Part shown: positions 42,592-51,759 of the stretch, one piece after another | Layout: each line of letters opens with the position of its first letter | How positions within the stretch are numbered: the first letter of the stretch is position 1 | Assembly: GCA_964519515.1 (NCBI GenBank) | Contig: CAZFIJ010000042.1 | Span: forward strand, 33-64,032 | DNA: 64,000 nt | Direction: 5' to 3' | DNA from: an uncultured Nitrososphaerota archaeon | GTDB lineage: Archaea > Korarchaeota > Korarchaeia > Korarchaeales > Korarchaeaceae | The notes under the pieces: model-generated | Database searches by the model: none | What the model was told of the DNA's origin: nothing | What the model saw: the letters and a program-made list of their open reading frames with translations, nothing else | Program-made: the position numbers and the translations under genes

Positions 42592-42974
42592 AATTAAAGT
42601 TAGGAATTCTAATTTCTGGAGTAATAACAGCTGTAATCTCCATGACTTTGATCTATTTTTCAATAGTCTTTAATACGAAAACTCAGTTATCGTACGTAGG
42701 TATGTTAGTTGGGCTCATCCTAGCGGCATTATCCTTAGGCGTCCTCTCAAACAAGGAATTCGCCATTAGAGTTTTATCGATCTTTTACCTGATCTTAGCG
42801 CTTTCGGGAATTTTAATAATGGTGAATCTACCGCCTGAGGGTCTCCTGATAACGTTACCCTCCTTAGCCTTAGGATCTTATCTCTGGAGAAGTACTGGGA
42901 GTACAGAGGAGGCCTCTGAGGGATCCGAAACCGAGAATTTTATGGTTAGAGAGGCATATGCTAGTGAAGATTAA
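42588..42974 (+). CDS. small membrane protein, unknown function
   Basis: Four hydrophobic segments and an acidic C-terminus. A TTG at 42588 overlaps the prs stop; the ORF is open from 42522. Confidence 0.4.
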   Translation: MKLKLGILISGVITAVISMTLIYFSIVFNTKTQLSYVGMLVGLILAALSLGVLSNKEFAIRVLSIFYLILALSGILIMVNLPPEGLLITLPSLALGSYLWRSTGSTEEASEGSETENFMVREAYASED

Positions 42975-43067
42975 GCAGTAAGCTTACTTAACCTCATTAA
43001 AGATTATATATCCGCTGATTCAGCTCTCCTCGGAAGGTGATGGTGCATCCCGAGGAGAAAGGTTAGA

Positions 43068-44078
43068 GTGGAGGAGCCTCCTGAGGATGAGTTTGAGGAA
43101 GAGAATGAGGGTTATTATGAGGAGGAAGTTGATGTCTCCGGGGACTATGATCTGACCGAGCTTGAGGGAGTCGGCCCCGCAACTGCTAAGAGGTTAGCAG
43201 AGGCTGGTTTCACTAGTCTCGAGTCCATAGCGATGTCAACTCCATCGGAACTCGCTGTATACGCTGGGATAAGTGAGTCTGTCGCTCAAAAGATAATACA
43301 GGCTGCGAGGAGTAAGCTTAATATAGATGTCATGTCAGCTTATGACTTTTATCAGCAAAGGAAGGCTGTTCAAAGGATAACAACTGGATCGAGAGCTCTA
43401 GATGAATTATTGGGAGGAGGTGTCGAGACCCAATCGATAACTGAAATATATGGCCCCTATGGATCTGGGAAGACGCAATTCTGCCACCAAATGGCTGTTA
43501 CTGTCCAGTTAGCTGAGGAGAAGGGCGGACTCGGTAGAGGAGCTATGTACATAGATACGGAGGGCACTTTCAGACCCGAGAGGATAATACAGATAGCCGA
43601 AAGGTTCAAAATCGATCCTGAACACGCATTGAAGAATATACTTTATGCGAGAGCTTTCACGAGCGATCATCAGATGATAGTGACCGAGAGAGCTGAATCT
43701 TATATAAAGGAGAGGGATATTGGCCTCATAATAGTGGATTCCCTGATAAGCCACTTCAGGGGGGAGTACGTCGGCAGGGAGACTCTAGCGGAGAGGCAGC
43801 AGAAGCTCAATAAATACCTGCATAAGCTTCTCAGACTCGCATTAGGATACAATATGGCTGTTATAGTCACAAATCAAGTCGTCGCGGATCCCACAGCATT
43901 CTTCGGTGACCCAAATAAGCCCGCAGGAGGCCATGTTCTAGGACACGGGGTGACAGCAAGGCTTTATATAAAGAGAGGGAAGAAGGACAGGAGAGTTGTA
44001 AAGCTCGTCAAGAGCCCATACCTCCCAGAAGGTACTGTTGAAGTAGCCATAACTCAGGGTGGTATTGAAGACGTCTAG
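43068..44078 (+). CDS. radA: DNA repair and recombination protein RadA
   Basis: 336 aa. HhH LEGVGPATAKRLAEAG, Walker A GPYGSGKTQ and Walker B LIIVDSL. A GTG start is followed by a ~25-aa acidic N-terminal extension. Confidence 0.93.
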   Translation: MEEPPEDEFEEENEGYYEEEVDVSGDYDLTELEGVGPATAKRLAEAGFTSLESIAMSTPSELAVYAGISESVAQKIIQAARSKLNIDVMSAYDFYQQRKAVQRITTGSRALDELLGGGVETQSITEIYGPYGSGKTQFCHQMAVTVQLAEEKGGLGRGAMYIDTEGTFRPERIIQIAERFKIDPEHALKNILYARAFTSDHQMIVTERAESYIKERDIGLIIVDSLISHFRGEYVGRETLAERQQKLNKYLHKLLRLALGYNMAVIVTNQVVADPTAFFGDPNKPAGGHVLGHGVTARLYIKRGKKDRRVVKLVKSPYLPEGTVEVAITQGGIEDV

Positions 44079-44764
44079 ATCTCTTCATACCCCCTCCTTT
44101 TCTCGTCATACTCTTCCCTAGTTCCGACGACTCTCGCAGGAACTCCCATAACGACCTTCCTAGGTTGAACGTCTCTAGTCACGACGGCCCCTGAGGCTAC
44201 TACAGCCCCCTCTCCTATCCTCACACCAGAGACTAGCACTGAATTCGCACCTATTACAGCATCATCCTCTATCTTGACCCCTAAAAGCTTCCTACTCGGC
44301 GGATATTTATCGTTTGTGATTACTACGAATGGTGCTAGGAAAACTCTATCGCCTATCTCGCTCATCGGAGGTATATAGACCCCGCTCTGAATACTCACCT
44401 CCCTCCCTATCTTGACTCTCCCGTCTACGATGGAATGCGTCCCTATCAAAGTACGATCCCCTACACTGGAGTCCTCCCTTATTAGGACCGAATGTCCTGT
44501 TTGGACACCGTTCCCCAAAGTTACCCTCTCATAGATGACCGAATGGCTCCTTATGAAGCATCCCTCCCCTATCTTAGCCCCCTCACTCAGACGATCGTAC
44601 ACCTCGATACTCACCTCTTTACCCCTCAACTTGGGCAGCGTTGGGTATCCTATCACTGAGTAGAACCCTATCACGGATCCCTTACCTATTATCGTCTCCC
44701 CTAGGACTACGGCCTCACCCTCGAAGCTGACTCCATCGATAATCGCCTTTTTAGATAGGTACAT
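44075..44764 (-). CDS. hexapeptide-repeat (LbH) acyl/acetyltransferase
   Basis: 229 aa of left-handed beta-helix repeats ([LIV]-G-x4 periodicity throughout). Confidence 0.75.
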   Translation of the reverse strand: MYLSKKAIIDGVSFEGEAVVLGETIIGKGSVIGFYSVIGYPTLPKLRGKEVSIEVYDRLSEGAKIGEGCFIRSHSVIYERVTLGNGVQTGHSVLIREDSSVGDRTLIGTHSIVDGRVKIGREVSIQSGVYIPPMSEIGDRVFLAPFVVITNDKYPPSRKLLGVKIEDDAVIGANSVLVSGVRIGEGAVVASGAVVTRDVQPRKVVMGVPARVVGTREEYDEKRRGYEEI

Positions 44765-44781
44765 ATGAATCGAGTGGGATC

Positions 44782-45003
44782 ATGAGGAAGACTATAAAAG
44801 TTTCTATAGGGGGAGAGGAAAAAGTGCTACCGGCAAATACTCAGTTATCTGATCTCTATAGGATTCTGGGGCTCAATAAATGGGAGATCCTTCTCCTGGT
44901 CAATGGTGAACCGCGTTCTGATGATAGTTACCTTGAGGATGGTGACTTAGTGACATGGCTCAGGATAACACTCCATGAGAGCCCTGTCGATGGATCGAGG
45001 TGA
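44782..45003 (+). CDS. ThiS/MoaD/SAMP2-like beta-grasp small protein without a C-terminal Gly-Gly
   Basis: 73 aa. The pattern IKVSIGGEE...LSDLYRILGL...LLLVNGEP...LEDGDLVTWLRI follows ThiS/SAMP2. The C-terminus is ITLHESPVDGSR. It lies just upstream of the NcsA/TtuA-like gene. Confidence 0.5.
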   Translation: MRKTIKVSIGGEEKVLPANTQLSDLYRILGLNKWEILLLVNGEPRSDDSYLEDGDLVTWLRITLHESPVDGSR

Positions 45004-45189
45004 TTAAATGCCAGAATCTCTTGAAGAAATGCCTTTTCATGGAAGCGTCGGAGCTGCTGACATCCCTAAGGCTCCCCTCTTCATTCCCAATACTTCAAGC
45101 TCTTGCCTCGAAGAGGATTCTCTACTCACTCAAAGACCGATTATCCCTGGAGGTGCCCGCACTTAGGAGTTCAAAATTGCGGTGAGATC

Positions 45190-46176
45190 ATGAGGCTCTG
45201 TGATATTTGCGGATCTGAGGAAGCTATCTATACTAATTACATGACTGGAGCTTCTTTATGCGCTAATTGCTTGAAGAATTCGATCAAAAGGAGGGCTTGG
45301 TCCGTGATGAAGAAGGAGCTTCGCCCCGGAGATAAGGTAATGGTGGCGCATTCCGGAGGGAAAGATAGCTCATTAGCACTCCTCTTGACTAAGGAGTTCT
45401 CTGATGAGATGAGAGAGTTCGATTTGAAGGTGATTTCGGTGACATTGGATGAGGGGACCCTCTATAGGAGATCCTCTATAGAACTAGCGAGGAAGTTAGC
45501 TGAGAGGTTGCGAGTCAAACATCTGACCATTCAGATGAGGGAGATCCTCGGGTTCTCCTTGGAGGATCTGAGGTTAGCGATACCGAAGGGTTGGAAAAGG
45601 AACGCTTGCACTTACTGTGGCGTTTTAAGGAGGCAGATAATGAATGCAGTAGCGCGAGAGATAGGCGCGACAGTTCTAGTTACTGGTCACAATCTGGACG
45701 ACCTGGTTCAGACTTCCATCATGAACCTAGTTAGGGGAGACGCTAATGCATTAGTGAAGACGATAATACACGAGAGGAAGTATGAGGAAGGTCTCGTTCC
45801 CAGAGTTAGACCATTGAGATACGTCTACGAGAGAGAGATAGCTAGTCTCGTAGTAGCCCTTGGAATCCCAGCTCACTTGGGTAAATGTCCCATGGCCCAA
45901 GGGATGAGAATAGGTATGAGGAGGGAAATAGATTTTATAGAAGATTCTAATCCAGGAGCAAAGCTTAGGGCTTTCTTATTCCTTGAGAACCTCTCATCCA
46001 AGATGAAGGTCGATGTTAACTTGAGGAAATGTTCATTATGCGGGGAGCCGACTACTTCCGATATCTGTAAAGCATGCCAACTTAGAAAAGAGGCTTCCCA
46101 CCTCATAGGGATCGAAGATAAAAATATTAGACTAGATAGCCTTAAAGCCTTAAAGGATTCAACATTTCAATCTTAG
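45190..46176 (+). CDS. tRNA 2-thiolation PP-loop ATPase (NcsA/TtuA/Ctu1 family)
   Basis: N-terminal Zn finger CDICG...CANC, PP-loop VAHSGGKDS, Fe-S ligand candidates CTYCG and GKCP, and C-terminal finger CSLCG...CKAC. The ORF is open from 45103, but homology starts at ATG 45190. Confidence 0.85.
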   Translation: MRLCDICGSEEAIYTNYMTGASLCANCLKNSIKRRAWSVMKKELRPGDKVMVAHSGGKDSSLALLLTKEFSDEMREFDLKVISVTLDEGTLYRRSSIELARKLAERLRVKHLTIQMREILGFSLEDLRLAIPKGWKRNACTYCGVLRRQIMNAVAREIGATVLVTGHNLDDLVQTSIMNLVRGDANALVKTIIHERKYEEGLVPRVRPLRYVYEREIASLVVALGIPAHLGKCPMAQGMRIGMRREIDFIEDSNPGAKLRAFLFLENLSSKMKVDVNLRKCSLCGEPTTSDICKACQLRKEASHLIGIEDKNIRLDSLKALKDSTFQS

Positions 46177-47449
46177 GTATATAATCCCTGGGCCTCGGGA
46201 AGGGCCTCAGCCCGTACTCGAGGGCTCTATCGGAGTAATTCAATATCAATCTCATCATACTGGATCCAGTGAACCACCCCAAGCCACCGACCTGAGCATC
46301 CAATTCATGGAAGTTCGATGAATCATCCTTAGGAAGCCCCTTTCCGTAGAACAGGACGGGTACAGGGTCTCCAGAGTGCTTACCGAGGGAACAGGGAGTC
46401 GCATGATCTCCCGTTATGACAACTAGAAGGTCCTCCGGTGGATCTGTGAGGGGTTCTAAAGCTAGATCTATTCTCTCTAGGACCCTGACCTTCTGCTCAG
46501 GGTCTTTATTATGCGAAGCGACATCCGTACCTTTCATATGGACGTAAATGAAATCAAATTCCTCTAGAAGGTCTAAGGCTTTCCTTATTTTAGAGGAGAA
46601 ATCCGAATCCGGGAGGCCTGTCGCACCGGGTGGATGGAATACCTCAAATCCCAGAGCCCTAGCGATCCCTTTGTACATGGGGCCCGCTGCTACAGCAGCA
46701 GGCTTAAATCCCCATCTTAAGGAGAAGGGCTCGAGTTTCGTCGGGGATGAGGCCCCTCTTAAGAGTATGAAGTTAGCTGGTAACTTGCCTTCAGCTATCC
46801 TTTTTCTATTCACCTCATGATCCTTCAATATCCTATAGGAGATGAGGAGAAATTCTCTCACTGCTTCAACAGTTTTAACTGCCTTATCATCGATAGGCTC
46901 CGGTTCCAAGACGTAGTAGCCCTCCTCATGGGGATCTACATCGGTGACTAAACTCGATAGTCCCTCTCCTTCTAAAATAAGGAATCCTCTATGCTCTAAT
47001 GTGTGTAAAAATTTAGCCTTAACTTCCCCATTCAATAAATATAACTCCTTCAACTCGGATGATAATGAAAATGCATCTTCTCCCTCTATCCTTCCAGCTC
47101 TCCTATCTACGACCACGAGCTTCCCATTTTCCTCCCTCACGGTGGAGAAATTAGCCCTAAATATCACTCCAACACTCACTACCCCTTCGCTCAGAGCTTC
47201 GAATACCCCTCTACCTGGATACTCCCTATCTAGGTCGTACCCGAATATGGAGAGGTGACCGGAATCACTACCCGGAGGGATCCCAGGGGCTATCGGATAT
47301 TGCATGCCTAAGAGTCCCTTCGCTGCCATTAGGTCCATATTAGGTATCTCCGCTGCCTGAAGGGGAGTCAGCCACTTAAGGGATGGGGATGGCCTATCAC
47401 CTAAGCCGTCTATTATGAGTAGGATCACCCTCCTCATAGGTCGCATCAA
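46142..47449 (-). CDS. apgM: 2,3-bisphosphoglycerate-independent phosphoglycerate mutase, archaeal type
   Basis: 435 aa. LLIIDGLGDRP, HMKGTDVASH and VITGDHATP metalloenzyme motifs. Confidence 0.88.
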   Translation of the reverse strand: MMRPMRRVILLIIDGLGDRPSPSLKWLTPLQAAEIPNMDLMAAKGLLGMQYPIAPGIPPGSDSGHLSIFGYDLDREYPGRGVFEALSEGVVSVGVIFRANFSTVREENGKLVVVDRRAGRIEGEDAFSLSSELKELYLLNGEVKAKFLHTLEHRGFLILEGEGLSSLVTDVDPHEEGYYVLEPEPIDDKAVKTVEAVREFLLISYRILKDHEVNRKRIAEGKLPANFILLRGASSPTKLEPFSLRWGFKPAAVAAGPMYKGIARALGFEVFHPPGATGLPDSDFSSKIRKALDLLEEFDFIYVHMKGTDVASHNKDPEQKVRVLERIDLALEPLTDPPEDLLVVITGDHATPCSLGKHSGDPVPVLFYGKGLPKDDSSNFHELDAQVGGLGWFTGSSMMRLILNYSDRALEYGLRPFPRPRDYIPKIEMLNPLRL

Positions 47450-47498
47450 CAGCGATTCGATTTAATAATCAACCCGCGCTTATGAATGGGTCTGACTG

Positions 47499-48266
47499 AT
47501 GGGATGGATGAAAATTATAGAATTGTCAAAGCCTCTAGGCGCTGAGATAGCGATAATCGGATTCCCAGGAGTAGCTAATGTTGGGGAACAGGTGATAACA
47601 TATTTGGTGAGGGAGAAGAACGCGATACCTATAGCGAGGATATACTCGGAGTACCTAGTCTTCCCGAACAACATGGTCGGCATCTCCGTGACAGAAGACG
47701 GCAAGTTCCTCCTACCCTCAGTATCGATATTCCAGTTGAGGGACCCTCCCCTCATACTAGTGACCAGCGATGTACAACCTCTAGCTTGGGGCGCTATGGA
47801 AATAGCGAATGAAGTCATGAGGATCCTCTCGGGCCTAGGCGTCAAGAGGATAATAGTGATAACGGGTTTCGTTGAGGAGAGTGCTGCTGGTAAAGTCATC
47901 GCCTTTGGAACGGATAATGAACTTTTAAATGTATTTTTAAAGGCTAATACCGTAAAAGAAGATCTGATAAAGGTCGTAGTTGGTCTAGCTGGTTCCGTTC
48001 TTGGGATGGCTAAGATAAGGGGGATTAAGAGTCTAGTGCTGAGTGGTGTATCTCCGGACTACTCTCCAGATCCTAGAGCTGCTAAAAGCGTCTTATTATC
48101 CCTAGACTCAGTTTTCTCATTAGGTTTGGACTTCGAGTCGCTCGATAGGCAGATAGAGGAGATAGATAGGATAAAGAGTGAGATACTGAAGGAAATCGAG
48201 AGGAGGTTGAGGGAGGAACAAGGATTCCAGGGTGAGGAAGTTGGCTCAGCGGAGTACGTCGGCTAG
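47499..48266 (+). CDS. PAC2-family protein (proteasome assembly chaperone PbaA/PbaB-like), copy 1
   Basis: 255 aa. IIGFPGVANVGEQV N-terminus, a C-terminal charged helical tail, ending ...SAEYVG. Confidence 0.65.
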   Translation: MGWMKIIELSKPLGAEIAIIGFPGVANVGEQVITYLVREKNAIPIARIYSEYLVFPNNMVGISVTEDGKFLLPSVSIFQLRDPPLILVTSDVQPLAWGAMEIANEVMRILSGLGVKRIIVITGFVEESAAGKVIAFGTDNELLNVFLKANTVKEDLIKVVVGLAGSVLGMAKIRGIKSLVLSGVSPDYSPDPRAAKSVLLSLDSVFSLGLDFESLDRQIEEIDRIKSEILKEIERRLREEQGFQGEEVGSAEYVG

Positions 48267-48603
48267 GACGCCAGCCCCTCTACAGAGGTTAGAGGAGAAG
48301 CTCACCAAGGAGAACCTTTGGCTTTACGTACTCTCAATACTCAAGGAGAGACCTGCTTATCCTTATGAGATCGGGAAGCTCATAGAGGAGAGGTTCGGTT
48401 GGAAGCCCGCTAGAGTGACCGCCTACATGGTCATGAGATCGCTGAAAGCTAAGGGGTATGTGAGGATTTCAGTCAGGAGGGGGGAGGATACCGGTAAGAT
48501 GAGGAATTACTATGAGATAACTGAATCTGGGATCAAGTTGCTCGAGAAAGGTCTCCAATTCCTTGAGAAGACATTGGAATCTCTGAAGGGAGAGCATAAA
48601 TGA
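48232..48603 (+). CDS. PadR-family winged-helix transcriptional regulator
   Basis: LWLYVLSILKERPAYPYEIGKLIEERFGWKPARVTAYMVMRSLKAKGYV is a PadR-type wHTH. The N-terminal extent is uncertain. Confidence 0.75.
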   Translation: MRKLAQRSTSARTPAPLQRLEEKLTKENLWLYVLSILKERPAYPYEIGKLIEERFGWKPARVTAYMVMRSLKAKGYVRISVRRGEDTGKMRNYYEITESGIKLLEKGLQFLEKTLESLKGEHK

Positions 48604-49616
48604 GGATCTGGTTTGATGTCATAACGCCGAAGCAAGCTAGACTCATGTCATCGATCGCTAAGAGACTGGGAAGGGAATACGTGATAACAGTGAAGGGATA
48701 TAGCGAATCTGTAGATATATTGAGGGAACTCAATGTGAATTTCATTCAGATAGGGGATTATTCCATCGGCGACCTAAAGAAAAAGCTCTTATCTTATGCT
48801 GAGAGGGTGAAGCTTCTCTCTGAGTTCGTCTACGATTACAGACCGGACTTTCTAATATCTTTCTCCTCTCCTGAGGCTGTGAGAGTAGCTTATGGCCTCT
48901 TAATCAGATCGATAACGATGAACGATTCCCCTCATTCCTACCACGTCGGGAGACTCACTCTCCCCCTCTCCTGGAAGGTCGTCTACCCAGAAGCGATCCC
49001 AGAGGATGATATGATAAGGCTTGGTGCTTCTAAAGAATCCCTAGTTCCATATAGAGGAGTTGATGAAGTCGCCTGGGTTAAAGATAGATTATATGATTTT
49101 AGGGATTCGAAAAGAGAGTTTAAAGTCTTCATTAGACCTGAGGAGAGTGGAGCATCCTACATGCTGGGAAAAGAGGGGTTCACGATGAAGCTCGTGGATG
49201 AAGTCATAGAGATGGGGGCCGATGTCATCGTAAAGCCGAGATATGAGAATCAATCCATAATGATCAAGGAGAAATATGGTAAAAAAGTTACTATTTTAGA
49301 CAATACAGTAGACACTCTTGACCTCTTCGGGAAGGTCGTTTTAGTCGTGACTGGAGGCGGCACCATGGCGAGGGAGGCAGCTCTACTCGGGACACCTTCT
49401 CTCTGCGCCTTCCCCTTGGACGTAAAGCTTTATGTCAATGACTTCCTTAGAGATATGGGATTCCCGATATGGAGGGCAAACTCATTAACAGAGGCGATCA
49501 GTATAATTAGGATGATCCTCAAGGATCCCGACTCTTATGTAATGGATACTAGACCCCTGGTGGAGGAGTTAGAGGATCCCAGGGTAGTTATTGAAAAAAT
49601 TTTGGATACTAATTAG
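48600..49616 (+). CDS. DUF354-family protein (GT-B/epimerase-like fold)
   Basis: 338 aa. MRIWFDVITPKQARL N-terminus and C-terminal GGGTMAREAALLGTPS, typical of DUF354. Confidence 0.6.
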   Translation: MRIWFDVITPKQARLMSSIAKRLGREYVITVKGYSESVDILRELNVNFIQIGDYSIGDLKKKLLSYAERVKLLSEFVYDYRPDFLISFSSPEAVRVAYGLLIRSITMNDSPHSYHVGRLTLPLSWKVVYPEAIPEDDMIRLGASKESLVPYRGVDEVAWVKDRLYDFRDSKREFKVFIRPEESGASYMLGKEGFTMKLVDEVIEMGADVIVKPRYENQSIMIKEKYGKKVTILDNTVDTLDLFGKVVLVVTGGGTMAREAALLGTPSLCAFPLDVKLYVNDFLRDMGFPIWRANSLTEAISIIRMILKDPDSYVMDTRPLVEELEDPRVVIEKILDTN

Positions 49617-50965
49617 TCCTCAGATTTGAGTAAATATTTCCTGAACATCCCTTCAGCAGCTATAGCGATAGGTTCTAGGACATCGCAGACCTCCGGTTGA
49701 TATGCGAATTCCATTATCCTTATATCTTCTACATTAAATCTAGCGTATATAGCTGCTGTTAGGAATAGGATCCTCTCTCTGACCCCTCTCCTCCCGAAAA
49801 CCTGACCTCCTAGAAGCTTACCCCCTCTATCCGTGATCAACCAGATTACAGTGTTTTCCTTCCCCGGCATGTACTTCGGTAGGTCGGAACCCGAGAACCT
49901 GAACGCCCTATACTCCATCTTAAGAGAATCCGCCCTCGTCGCGGACAGACCTACGCCCCCGAAGAGATAGTCCCCTACCGATACGAGGAATGGTGATAGC
50001 GCCCCTAAGTATCTAGTTTTCCCACCGGCAGCGTTCTCGGCGGCAATCCTGCCTTGAACTAATGCGGTTGAAGCTAAGCCTGTAAGTGTAGGCTTCCCTG
50101 AGACGAAATCCTTAACTTCAGCGACATCTCCTGCTGCCAATATGTTCTGATCAGATGTGAACATGTACTCATCTACCTTTACTCCTCCCGTCTCCCCTAC
50201 TACTAATCCGGAGTTCAGAGCTACCTCTACGTTGGGTCTAGCTCCTATCACGATTATCGCTGTATCAGCTTCTATCTTCCCCTTAGGCGTCACTACATGC
50301 GTCAACCTACCTCCGGATCCCTCTAGCCTTTCCATGGGCGCCTTAAGCATCACCTTAACGCCTAGATCATTTAGAGAGTTCATCACCATTGATGATATAG
50401 GCGGATCTACCTTCCCCGGCATCAGTTGCTCCATAGCCTCTATCAATGTGACGTCCCTTCCAGTGCTAGCTAGCTCAGATGCTACCTCTATGCCTGTCGC
50501 GCTTCCCCCTACCACCACTACCTTATTCCCCAAATATTTGAGCAGTTCGCTCACAGTCTCCAAGTCCCAAACGGTGCCGACTCCCTCTAAGTCCATACCC
50601 TCGATCTTAGGTATTATCGGACTTAGACCGGTTGCCAAGATCAGTTTGTCATAATGTATGGATTCTTGCGTTCCATCCCTGATGAAGTATACAGTTTTCC
50701 TCTCTCTATCTATTCTCTTAGCCTCGCTTCTCAGTAATATATCTACCTTGCCCCTGGGGACTCTCTCCTCAATATCCTGAGGTGAGAGCTTCCCGCTAAG
50801 CACCATGGGAAGCGAACAGGGATGTATCGCCACATGGATCCCCTTCTCAATCACCGTAACATTTGATTCTGGATCTACTTTCTTCAGAACTGCTGCCGCA
50901 GTCTGACCTGCGGTACCATGACCTATGACTACGTAATCCATATTGGTATCGATATGGTTTTTCAT
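49613..50965 (-). CDS. pyridine nucleotide-disulfide oxidoreductase (NADH oxidase/CoA-disulfide reductase family)
   Basis: 450 aa. FAD motif VVIGHGTAGQTAA, single redox Cys HPCSLP, second Rossmann VVVGGSATGIE, and AAGDVA. Confidence 0.85.
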   Translation of the reverse strand: MKNHIDTNMDYVVIGHGTAGQTAAAVLKKVDPESNVTVIEKGIHVAIHPCSLPMVLSGKLSPQDIEERVPRGKVDILLRSEAKRIDRERKTVYFIRDGTQESIHYDKLILATGLSPIIPKIEGMDLEGVGTVWDLETVSELLKYLGNKVVVVGGSATGIEVASELASTGRDVTLIEAMEQLMPGKVDPPISSMVMNSLNDLGVKVMLKAPMERLEGSGGRLTHVVTPKGKIEADTAIIVIGARPNVEVALNSGLVVGETGGVKVDEYMFTSDQNILAAGDVAEVKDFVSGKPTLTGLASTALVQGRIAAENAAGGKTRYLGALSPFLVSVGDYLFGGVGLSATRADSLKMEYRAFRFSGSDLPKYMPGKENTVIWLITDRGGKLLGGQVFGRRGVRERILFLTAAIYARFNVEDIRIMEFAYQPEVCDVLEPIAIAAEGMFRKYLLKSED

Positions 50966-51001
50966 TTTTAAGTGGATCTTCCATGAGAGGAGGGTGTAGG
51001 C

Positions 51002-51757
51002 TTGGGATACATTGAGTTGATTAAGCTGAAGGATGTGAGGCCTAGAAATCCCGTTTTGGTGCAGGGAGTTCCTGGGCTTGGCCTAGTCGGTAAAATAGCA
51101 GCAAACTATCTGATAGAATCCTTAGAGTCCGAGAAGATAGCTGTCATATATAGTGATTACCTGCCCTTGCCCGATGGATCCTCAGGCGTTAGGATTGAGG
51201 AGGAGGATATCGTACCTCCAAGTTACGATCTTTATTTAGCTAAAGGAGATAACTTGGATCTCATAATTCTAACTTCAGAGGTCCAACCAACTATTTTCGG
51301 CCAGTATGAGATAGGAGAGCTTGTTTTGGATTACGCAATTCAGTTAGGCGTTAAAATAGTCATAACGATGGGGGGATACGTCCCCGGTTCCCCTGAGGTT
51401 AAAGGCGTATTCGCTTGCTCGAATGATGAGGAGTTCATGAGGAGGCTCAACGAAGTCGGAGTTAAGCCGCTGACCGGAGGTTATGTGACTGGTGCTGCCG
51501 GTCTCTTAGTGGGGCTAGCGGATCTCAAGGGTTTAACGAGCGCTTGCCTCTTGGGAACGACAAATGGGGCATTTCCGGATCCAAAGGCATCTAAAATGGT
51601 GCTAGAAGCCCTTTCAAAGCTTTTCAAATTCGGGATAGATTTAGAAAAGTTGGAAAGGGAAGCTGAAATAGCTGCCGAAGTGATGAAAGAGGAAGTGAAG
51701 CTCCCTGAGACTGAAGTTTATAAGGAGGAAGAGAAAGGACTCCCGTATCACGGCTGA
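51002..51757 (+). CDS. PAC2-family protein (proteasome assembly chaperone PbaA/PbaB-like), copy 2
   Basis: 251 aa. VQGVPGLGLVGKIA N-terminus, a C-terminal charged helical tail, ending ...GLPYHG. TTG start. Confidence 0.65.
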   Translation: MGYIELIKLKDVRPRNPVLVQGVPGLGLVGKIAANYLIESLESEKIAVIYSDYLPLPDGSSGVRIEEEDIVPPSYDLYLAKGDNLDLIILTSEVQPTIFGQYEIGELVLDYAIQLGVKIVITMGGYVPGSPEVKGVFACSNDEEFMRRLNEVGVKPLTGGYVTGAAGLLVGLADLKGLTSACLLGTTNGAFPDPKASKMVLEALSKLFKFGIDLEKLEREAEIAAEVMKEEVKLPETEVYKEEEKGLPYHG

Positions 51758-51759
51758 AG

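Noticed and set aside
45000-45189. The 61-aa ORF at 45000..45185 and the N-terminal extension of the NcsA-like ORF from 45103.
   Set aside because: Neither translation shows any motif. NcsA/TtuA homology, including the N-terminal CxxC finger, begins exactly at the ATG at 45190.
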